Of a stretch of 64,000 nucleotides of DNA, positions 54,548 through 62,168 are shown piece after piece. The position numbers and the translations under genes were made by a program. Each line of letters starts with the position of its first letter. Within the stretch, counting starts at the first letter, position 1. The notes below the pieces were generated by a model. That model did not search any database, had not been told where the DNA came from, and was given only the letters and a program-made list of their open reading frames with translations. Location of the stretch: positions 400,606-464,605 of the IMG/VR virus record IMGVR_UViG_3300023174_000033; one strand, given 5' to 3'.

Positions 54548-54745
54548 TCAATAACCAAAAATACCTTTGTAACTTGATCTAGAATTTGGGTTACCGTTAT
54601 CAGTAAGACTAACTTTATTTCCCATATTTCCAATTGGATCAGATGCATTACCTGTTTTGGATCTTTTATCCATTTTCAACCCGTATTTTTTTAATTGTCC
54701 GGAGATGTCTGGTGTTGGTTCCTGTGGATTAACTGGATTGAACAT
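54548..54745 (-). CDS. Small hypothetical protein
   Basis: AATATATA at 54774-54767. Confidence 0.6.
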   Translation of the reverse strand: MFNPVNPQEPTPDISGQLKKYGLKMDKRSKTGNASDPIGNMGNKVSLTDNGNPNSRSSYKGIFGY

Positions 54746-54810
54746 AATGAATAATTTATTTAATTCTATATATTAAAAACAAAATGTGGTATAAATTAAT
54801 ATAATTTTTT

Positions 54811-56574
54811 ATGAAATTACTCGATGGAAAAAAGGCTTCTAAAATAATACTTTCTGAATTAAAATATAAAATAAAAAAAATTACTGAAAGAAATAATGAA
54901 ATAAAAATACCAAAAATTGCGATAGTTCTGGTCGGTGATAATCCTAGCAGTATGTCTTATATGAGGTCAAAACTAAAGATATCATCGGAAAATAATTTCA
55001 ATGCTCAATTGTTTTTTTATTCTGACTTTATAAAAGAAGATGAATTGCTAAACGAAATTGATAAGTTAAACAATTCATCAGATATTGATGGGGTCATAGT
55101 TGAACTACCCCTACCAAATCAAATATCCCAAGAAAAAATAATTAACCGAATTGATCCACAAAAAGATATTGATGGCTTCAATCCGATTAACTTTGGCAAA
55201 ATGTCTCTTGGCCAAAAAGCACACAGACCCGCTACAGCTTATGGTATTCTAAAACTTCTGGAATTTTACAAAATTTATACAACGAGCAAACACATTGTTG
55301 TTATTGGAAGATCAAATATAGTTGGAAAACCTATATCTATAATGTTAGGAAATGACTTTGATATTGGTAGAGCGACAGTAACTTCATGTGATATAAACAC
55401 ACCAATTGAACTATTAAGAGAAGAATCAAGAAGAGCTGATATTATAATCGTAGCAGTTGGTAAAGTAAATCTTTTAAAAGAAGATATGGTAAAGGATGGT
55501 GCCATAGTTATTGACGTTGGCATAAATATGGTTGGTGATACAATCGTAGGAGATTGTGATTTTGAAAACGTATCTCCGAAATGTGAATGGATCACACCTG
55601 TTCCAGGTGGTGTTGGCCCAATGACAATTTGTGCACTTCTTTTGAACACATTTGCAACTTGGTATGAAAAAAATAAAATACTTGAAGAAAAGATAAATTC
55701 AATTGACTACACAGTTAAACTGATTGAGAGTCTAGACCAAAGTTTCTCACCCACCACGGATGGAAAAAAACTAATCGGAACCTACGATCATAATAGAATT
55801 CCAGGTGATAATGAAGTAATTCATGTCATAGGTGATTATCCAGTCGGAAAGCATTCACTAATAACAGAAAATCCAAGTTTCAGACATTATAAATGGGCAA
55901 TGAAGTTCAGCTATGATTCATTTGAGGGTAATACCTGTTGGGATGGAATTGATGATATTTGGATCATCAACGATACCGTTAGACAAGATAGACTTTATGA
56001 TACCCTGAAAGAATTCAAGAAAATTGGGATACCGCTCAATAAAGTAAAAATACAACCAGCCGAATTCAATAGTTCAACCGGTAATAATTACGCAAATAAA
56101 CTAATTGGATGTTTCAAATCACACCTTAAAATATTTGAACAATATCAAGATAAAGATTTTAAACATTTATTAATTTTTGAAGATGATTTTACTTTTTCCG
56201 ATCCGATTGAAGAGTCACAAAGACAAATTAGAGAATTTGTCTCAAGAGACTATGAATATGATGTGATGTTATTCTCAACAAGTTGTATCGGTCAAATAAT
56301 TCCAATTGATGATTTGATAAGTGAATCAAAACAACCTTGTACAACAACTGCTGGTTATATGGTCTCAAAGAAGGGACTTGAAAAAATTATACCACTTTGG
56401 CACGAAGGAATAAACGGTCTACTTGGATGGTGTGATTTCAATCAATTTGCTTGTGATAAATATTGGACAAAAATTCAGAAAGATGGACAAATGTTTTCTT
56501 TTAACGCAAAAATTGGATACCAAAGACCAAGCTATAGTACAACTCTTGGCAATTTGAGTTACAATTTAGATTAA
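54811..56574 (+). CDS. folD: FolD (methylene-THF dehydrogenase/cyclohydrolase) fused to a GT25 domain
   Basis: LLDGK, KDIDGF, VIGRSNIVGKP, IDVGIN, TPVPGGVGPMT in the first ~290 aa. IGCFKSH, IFEDD, TTAGYMVS, QRPSYS after. One uninterrupted frame. Confidence 0.85.
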   Translation: MKLLDGKKASKIILSELKYKIKKITERNNEIKIPKIAIVLVGDNPSSMSYMRSKLKISSENNFNAQLFFYSDFIKEDELLNEIDKLNNSSDIDGVIVELPLPNQISQEKIINRIDPQKDIDGFNPINFGKMSLGQKAHRPATAYGILKLLEFYKIYTTSKHIVVIGRSNIVGKPISIMLGNDFDIGRATVTSCDINTPIELLREESRRADIIIVAVGKVNLLKEDMVKDGAIVIDVGINMVGDTIVGDCDFENVSPKCEWITPVPGGVGPMTICALLLNTFATWYEKNKILEEKINSIDYTVKLIESLDQSFSPTTDGKKLIGTYDHNRIPGDNEVIHVIGDYPVGKHSLITENPSFRHYKWAMKFSYDSFEGNTCWDGIDDIWIINDTVRQDRLYDTLKEFKKIGIPLNKVKIQPAEFNSSTGNNYANKLIGCFKSHLKIFEQYQDKDFKHLLIFEDDFTFSDPIEESQRQIREFVSRDYEYDVMLFSTSCIGQIIPIDDLISESKQPCTTTAGYMVSKKGLEKIIPLWHEGINGLLGWCDFNQFACDKYWTKIQKDGQMFSFNAKIGYQRPSYSTTLGNLSYNLD

Positions 56575-56615
56575 TTTCATCTTTTGGGTGAAATATATAA
56601 TCTAAAGGGTATTTT

Positions 56616-57002
56616 TTGAAGGTGAAAATTAAAATATTACTTTTATTTTTAGTTCAAATACTTTGCACAATAGCAGTAGTAACTAATCCAGATATTGATG
56701 TTCACAAAGAATTTGCTCGTGTAGAATTCCTAAAAGAGTATAATAAGCCAAGTGGGTATATAGAGAAATTGGTAAACATTGTAGTTGATGAAAAGGTTTA
56801 TTCTGACTCTTATTTTTTCTTCTCACTAACTAAATTTGAAGATTTAGGAACTTTAAAAACCATTGGAGTTGGTATATTTGGCCAAATAATTCCTTATTAT
56901 TGTATCCAAGAAAATAAATCTCAAATAATTTTTGCTTTAATTGCAATTCTTTTAACTGTTAAATTTTTATTTGATTTTATATCAGATCAAGTTAAAAAGT
57001 AA
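56616..57002 (+). CDS. DUF4359-like membrane protein
   Basis: VTNPD..H, YFFFSLTK, IGVGIFGQI. Confidence 0.65.
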   Translation: MKVKIKILLLFLVQILCTIAVVTNPDIDVHKEFARVEFLKEYNKPSGYIEKLVNIVVDEKVYSDSYFFFSLTKFEDLGTLKTIGVGIFGQIIPYYCIQENKSQIIFALIAILLTVKFLFDFISDQVKK

Positions 57003-57031
57003 ACTTTTTAATTTCCTATCATACCATATTT

Positions 57032-57682
57032 ATGATTGATTTTGATGTTAAAACACCAACTCTTCTTTGCGAATTAATGCAAAAATATGGAAGTGATAAA
57101 GGTGGTGAGAATTTAGAAAAAACTTGGCATAATTACACACCCGTTTACAATTCCCTTTTTGAGAATATCAGGTTTGATAAATTAAAAGTATTTGAGCTTG
57201 GCCTTGGAACTAATAATACTCAGGTACCATCAAATATGGGTAAAGATGGTAAACCAGGAGCTTCTTTATACGCTTGGGCAGACTTTTTTCCAAACTCCCA
57301 AATCTTCGGAGCAGATATTGATAAGGAAATTCTATTCAACACTGAAAGAATCAAAACTTATTTTTGTGACCAAACTAACCCATTTGAAATTAAAAAAATG
57401 TGGAACGATGCTGACCTCTATGGACAATTTGATATCATACTTGAGGACGGTTTACATGAATTTGCGGCTAACGTCACATTCTTTGAAAACAGTATTCACA
57501 AACTATCAAAGAATGGATATTTTATAATTGAGGACATAGCAAACAAGGAAATTCCTCTTTTCAAAATTAAAATTGAGGAGTGGAAAAGTAAATATAATAA
57601 TATCAGTTTTGATCTCCTAATTCTCCCGACTTCAGTAAATTGGATTGATAATAATTTACTTATTTGTAAAAAATTGTTCTAG
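57032..57682 (+). CDS. Class I SAM-dependent methyltransferase (sugar O-methyltransferase-like)
   Basis: YGSDKG, HNYT..Y, VFELGLG, GADID, CDQT, IILEDGLH, IIED. Confidence 0.8.
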   Translation: MIDFDVKTPTLLCELMQKYGSDKGGENLEKTWHNYTPVYNSLFENIRFDKLKVFELGLGTNNTQVPSNMGKDGKPGASLYAWADFFPNSQIFGADIDKEILFNTERIKTYFCDQTNPFEIKKMWNDADLYGQFDIILEDGLHEFAANVTFFENSIHKLSKNGYFIIEDIANKEIPLFKIKIEEWKSKYNNISFDLLILPTSVNWIDNNLLICKKLF

Positions 57683-57873
57683 ATTTTTTCTCTAGCAATT
57701 TCAACTACACCATCATTTGAAATTACTACTTCAATTTCCTGACCATCGGTGTAACTTTTATCCAAGGTTATAAATGGAATTCTTTTTGGAATTAAATCTT
57801 TACCTACCTTTTCATAGGTTTTAAAAATCCAAGAATTATTTAATTTGTGAATATTGTGTATTGTGCCTTTCAT
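57679..57873 (-). CDS. Small hypothetical protein
   Basis: Track ORF. Its ATG follows the restored stop of the upstream gene. Confidence 0.65.
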   Translation of the reverse strand: MKGTIHNIHKLNNSWIFKTYEKVGKDLIPKRIPFITLDKSYTDGQEIEVVISNDGVVEIAREKI

Positions 57874-57875
57874 AA

Positions 57876-58290
57876 TTAATTGTTTAAAGATACAACCCTA
57901 TACATTAGTTCCAAGTTAGAAAATTGGAAAATAACATAACTCCCGTTATCACTTGTGTGATACCAAATCATTTTACACTTTGTTCCATTTTCATCCACAC
58001 ACATTACAGAACATTACAGAATAAATAGGATTACTTTTCTCATCATATGATTTAGTAACACCTTCAATCATATCATAAGTCTGTGGTGTAGAAGAATAAA
58101 CATTAACTCTTTCATTTTGAGATACTATTAGAACTCCAGATGTAGACCACTCACTCCATAAACCCCAAGACTCACCATTATTATATGATAACCTGGATGA
58201 ATAATCAGAAGCTCTCCACTTATACACTTGTTGAGAAAAGCAAATGGTAATTGAGAAGAAAAGAAGAAGGGTTGTAATAATTTTTTTCAT
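57876..58290 (-). pseudogene. Secreted protein frameshifted by a 10-bp tandem duplication
   Basis: ACATTACAGA x2 at 58001-58020. Removing one copy gives a 134-aa ORF ending at 57876, 2 nt before the next ATG. Confidence 0.75.
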
Positions 58291-58367
58291 GGTTATAATT
58301 ATATATTTCCTTATATCAAAGTTTCATATTTATAACTATTTGTATATTTAATTATATAATTAATAAA

Positions 58368-59096
58368 ATGGCAAAGAAATTTGAAATATCAGATACCATT
58401 GACCTCTATTTCAAAGAAATTGAGAAGGTATCATCACCTCTTACTAAAAAAGAGGAACACGCACTTGCTGTAAAAATACAAGCAGGTGATACAAATGCTT
58501 TGAACGAATTGGTTTTACACAACCTAAAATTCGTTGTATTACTCGCAAACAAATTTATTGGAATGGGTGTTAATATTGATGATTTAATCCAAGAAGGTAA
58601 TGCTGGTTTGATTGAAGCCGCTAAAAGATTCACATCCGATAAAGACACAAGATTTATAACATATGCTCAATTTTGGATAAGAAAATATCTTAATGAATCA
58701 ATTGTGGAATATGGCAGAACAGTAAAACTACCACACAATAAAGAGTATGATATTTATAAACAAAAAGTTGCTGGAGAATGGGAGGGAAATTTACACAATG
58801 TGGAATTGGACAAAACCATGGGTGATGAAAATGAAGATACTTTAGGCGACCACATATTATCTGAAGAATTTTCAGATCCATTTCAAAACGAAGAACAAAA
58901 TAATCAACTAATTTTTTTCTTAAACAAATTAACACCCGAGGAGATAAAAATAACAAAACTATTTTATGGAATTGAACAAACTTCATCATTATCAACAAGA
59001 GAGGTTGGAAATATAGTTGGAATAGAAGAGTCAAAGGTTAATAGAATTCTAAAAATTGCAAGAAGCAAAATGAGAAAAGCAATTACAAAAAAATGA
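58368..59096 (+). CDS. RNA polymerase sigma-70-family factor (regions 1.2, 2 and 4)
   Basis: IDLYFKEI...LT.KEE..LA, ELVLHNLKFVV, DDLIQEG..GL.EAA.RF, RFITYA.FWIR, C-terminal HTH. Confidence 0.9.
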   Translation: MAKKFEISDTIDLYFKEIEKVSSPLTKKEEHALAVKIQAGDTNALNELVLHNLKFVVLLANKFIGMGVNIDDLIQEGNAGLIEAAKRFTSDKDTRFITYAQFWIRKYLNESIVEYGRTVKLPHNKEYDIYKQKVAGEWEGNLHNVELDKTMGDENEDTLGDHILSEEFSDPFQNEEQNNQLIFFLNKLTPEEIKITKLFYGIEQTSSLSTREVGNIVGIEESKVNRILKIARSKMRKAITKK

Positions 59097-59329
59097 AAAA
59101 ACACCATCAAGTTTTACTTGAACTCTTACAATTGAGAGATAAAGACTACGACTTATTTGTAGATAAGTTATATGATGCTATAACAAATGAATTCTCAAAA
59201 TATTTCAAAGAAGAGTTAATTAAAGATAAAGACCATCAACAGACATTAAAGATTATGATTGATCATTACGAAAAAAAGGAAGAATACGAAAAGTGTGATG
59301 TGTTACTACATTTGTTGAAAATCGGTTAA
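59093..59329 (+). CDS. Small helical protein (UVR-like C-terminus)
   Basis: MIDHYEKKEEYEKCDVL. Confidence 0.7.
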   Translation: MKKHHQVLLELLQLRDKDYDLFVDKLYDAITNEFSKYFKEELIKDKDHQQTLKIMIDHYEKKEEYEKCDVLLHLLKIG

Positions 59330-59339
59330 TCTAATAGTT

Positions 59340-59783
59340 ATGAGAATAATCATCATTATATTATTTTCACTATTTCCAATTAATGCTTTTGGTCAATATT
59401 TACAAACTCTAAATACATCAAGTGAAAAAGATGATTATTCTGAATTTGAAATTAAAATATTGATGCAAATCAATTTCAAAAGAACCTTAAATAAATTAAG
59501 ACCGCTAAAAACCAATCCCACATTAAATAATTTTTCAAAATTAATCTGCAATAGATTACAAGAAAAAAATATTGACACCTCAATAAAAAATACTCTAATT
59601 ATTTATTATAGTGATTCACTAAAATTAGACCACCCAATGCTGAAAGATACTTTTCATTTAATAGGCATTCATAAAGTTCCTCATAAATTTAATTGTGAAG
59701 TTTTGGTAATAACTTTGGACAAAAAAATGGAGCAAATCAAATGGAAGGATTTAGATTGTCCTAAATTTATGAGTAAAAAATAA
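59340..59783 (+). CDS. Secreted protein, possibly degenerate CAP/SCP domain
   Basis: Signal peptide NAFG|QY. INFKRT..KL.PL...TL. Confidence 0.6.
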   Translation: MRIIIIILFSLFPINAFGQYLQTLNTSSEKDDYSEFEIKILMQINFKRTLNKLRPLKTNPTLNNFSKLICNRLQEKNIDTSIKNTLIIYYSDSLKLDHPMLKDTFHLIGIHKVPHKFNCEVLVITLDKKMEQIKWKDLDCPKFMSKK

Positions 59784-59817
59784 TTCATCGGACAGTATTA
59801 ATATATACTGTTTTGTC

Positions 59818-60258
59818 ATGGAACAATTAGTCTCTTATTTTACCATATTTATATTGTGGATAGTATATTCATCACTTTTTGGATATTGTGATGCCTACTA
59901 TTGGTATAGTGCTAATGTTGGCAAATACTGTTTAAAGGACTTTAAATTCAAAGATTTGCATCCACAATATTTTTGGATGCGATCTATAGTTGGGTCTGTG
60001 TTTGCTTACTCAATGTCAGATGGGACAGTAATTAACTGGTTACTTACAACTATTTGTTTGGGTATGATATTACCTTTTTTTCATAATGGATTTTATTATA
60101 AAACAAGAAACAAAATTGACCAAACAGTTTATCCACACGGATTTAGAGATATGTCTAAAACAAGTATAGCCAATGTTAATTTCACATTTCTTGGCAGGAC
60201 TTTATTACTTATTTTGGGAGTTATTGGAACGTCTATTCTCTTCACTTTAAAAAAGTGA
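59818..60258 (+). CDS. Multi-pass membrane protein
   Basis: Four hydrophobic segments, FFHNGFYY. AATATATA at 59800-59807. Confidence 0.75.
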   Translation: MEQLVSYFTIFILWIVYSSLFGYCDAYYWYSANVGKYCLKDFKFKDLHPQYFWMRSIVGSVFAYSMSDGTVINWLLTTICLGMILPFFHNGFYYKTRNKIDQTVYPHGFRDMSKTSIANVNFTFLGRTLLLILGVIGTSILFTLKK

Positions 60259-60300
60259 AAAAATTTTGTGTTCTTAATAAAAATTAATATATTTGTATTA

Positions 60301-60420
60301 ATGTTCAAAGTAATAATTTTTCTCGGTCTACTTTATATAGCTTGGAAATTGGCTAGAAAAATTTTCAATGTTTTATTTTTTATATTCATAATCTATTTAA
60401 TTTTAAATTTACTTTCATGA
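60301..60420 (+). CDS. Small membrane peptide (39 aa)
   Basis: ATG 5 nt after TATATTTG at 60288-60295. ATGA overlap with the next gene. Confidence 0.55.
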   Translation: MFKVIIFLGLLYIAWKLARKIFNVLFFIFIIYLILNLLS

Positions 60421-60707
60421 AAAAACTAATTCCATTCCTAACCTTATTTTTGAGTTCGTGTTATTATTACACGCAACCGTCTCCAAGACCAGTATATACC
60501 TATGGTACATACTACCAAAGTCCACCACAAAGAAATTGTCAGTGTGGTTATGTCCTTGATAAGGGAGTAGACGATTGGGGATATTATTTCCTTGATGTGC
60601 AAAACCAATGCTCTGGAAATGTAAAAAGATTCACTTTCAGTAAAAGTGATTGGATGCAATATAAAATTTCCGATGGAATATGTCTTGAAAGAAATTCCTC
60701 TTGGTAA
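60417..60707 (+). CDS. Small Cys-rich lipoprotein
   Basis: MKKLIPFLTLFLSS|C, CQCG...NQCSGN...ICL. Confidence 0.75.
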   Translation: MKKLIPFLTLFLSSCYYYTQPSPRPVYTYGTYYQSPPQRNCQCGYVLDKGVDDWGYYFLDVQNQCSGNVKRFTFSKSDWMQYKISDGICLERNSSW

Positions 60708-60725
60708 TAAAAATATAAAAAACTA

Positions 60726-60757
60726 TTTGGAATCTGAGTAATATATTACTACCTTTG
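60726..60757 (+). promoter_or_regulatory. Complete Bacteroidetes promoter
   Basis: TTTG at 60726-60729, 20-nt spacer, TACCTTTG at 60750-60757. ATG follows 4 nt later. Confidence 0.75.
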
Positions 60758-60761
60758 TATT

Positions 60762-60992
60762 ATGAAAACGAAACAACAATCGGCTTACTTTATAACCAAG
60801 AGAGTATTCTCAAGAAATTCGTTTGGCCCTATACCACAAGAGAAAATCTTCTACTTCACCCACTATCGTAGAGAGTTTCAAACCCTTTCAAAGAAACAAC
60901 AGGACCGTTTTGTTAAGGATCTGAAAAAGTTCTTTGGAGGAGACTACTTTATGGTAGAGCACTGGGAAAGAAAATTAAATATAAAGCTCTAA
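60762..60992 (+). CDS. Small basic hypothetical protein
   Basis: Has its own promoter. Confidence 0.7.
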   Translation: MKTKQQSAYFITKRVFSRNSFGPIPQEKIFYFTHYRREFQTLSKKQQDRFVKDLKKFFGGDYFMVEHWERKLNIKL

Positions 60993-61196
60993 CGTGTAGG
61001 TTTGATAAACCCACAAGCGTCTCACAAAGTTGTCTTTGTATGTGAGGACAAAGGTTAGAGAAAAAGAATATTTGGGTGTTGTGAATTAACATCAAAAAAG
61101 GATACAACTCCGACTTATCATCGGATTGTGGAAACTCCTTCATAAACCATCCAGAGGGTTCTCAATAACTTATTTATTTTTGATAATATAATTTTT

Positions 61197-62168
61197 ATGA
61201 TAGTAGTCACTGGCGCTTTGGGTTTTATAGCCTCTTGCCTTATTTCAAAACTAAACACTGATGGGTTCAACGAAATTGTAGCAGTTGATGATTTTTCACC
61301 ATCAACCCTTTTCAGAAAAAAAAATCTTAATGATAAACAAATTTCAAAGTATATCAATAGAGAAGAATTCCCCAAATGGTTAGAAGATAATCAAATAAAT
61401 GTTGATTTTATTTTTCATTTGGGAGCTAGAACAGACACTATGGAGAAATCCAAAGATATTTTTGATAAGTTTAATTTTAACTACTCTAAAGAACTATACA
61501 GTATCTGCACAAAATATCAAATTCCAATTCTATATGCTTCATCAGCAGCGACTTATGGTTCGGGAGAACTTGGATATGTAGATTATGAACCACTTATTTC
61601 AGAATTAAAACCACTGAATCCTTATGGTGAGTCAAAACAAAATTTTGACATTTGGATACTTGAACAAGAAAATAAACCTTATTTTTGGACCGGTCTTAAA
61701 TTCTTCAACGTTTATGGTCCTAATGAGTACCACAAAGGTAAAATGGCTTCGGTTATTTACCACTCATATAAACAAATAAAGGAAAACCAAAAACTTTGCC
61801 TATTTCAATCTCACAAAGAGGGTATTGAGAACGGACACCAAAAAAGAGATTTTATCTATGTTAAAGACGTGGTTGATGTTATGATTTGGTTTTTCAACAA
61901 GAGGATAAATTCAGGTATTTATAATCTTGGAAGCGGACAGGCAAGAACTTTTTTAGATGTAGCTAAAAGTGTTTTCAACTCTTTAGATATAGAAGAGAAT
62001 ATTGAATTCACACCAACACCTATTGAAATCCGAGATTCTTATCAATATTTCACACAAGCTAATATGGATAAAATCAGGTCTGCCGGATATGACAGACCCT
62101 TTACTAGTTTAGAGGATGGCATTGAAGATTACGTTAAGAATTATTTAAATTTAGAAAAAATTCTATAA
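61197..62168 (+). CDS. rfaD: ADP-L-glycero-D-manno-heptose 6-epimerase
   Basis: VTGALGFIAS, FHLGARTDT, YASSAATYG, YGESK, KFFNVYGPNEYHKGKMASV, RDFIYVKD. Confidence 0.9.
   Translation: MIVVTGALGFIASCLISKLNTDGFNEIVAVDDFSPSTLFRKKNLNDKQISKYINREEFPKWLEDNQINVDFIFHLGARTDTMEKSKDIFDKFNFNYSKELYSICTKYQIPILYASSAATYGSGELGYVDYEPLISELKPLNPYGESKQNFDIWILEQENKPYFWTGLKFFNVYGPNEYHKGKMASVIYHSYKQIKENQKLCLFQSHKEGIENGHQKRDFIYVKDVVDVMIWFFNKRINSGIYNLGSGQARTFLDVAKSVFNSLDIEENIEFTPTPIEIRDSYQYFTQANMDKIRSAGYDRPFTSLEDGIEDYVKNYLNLEKIL

Noticed and set aside
60949-61375. Minus-strand ORFs 60949..61143 and 61118..61375
   Set aside because: They overlap supported plus-strand genes and have no promoter motif or recognisable features, so they are left uncalled.
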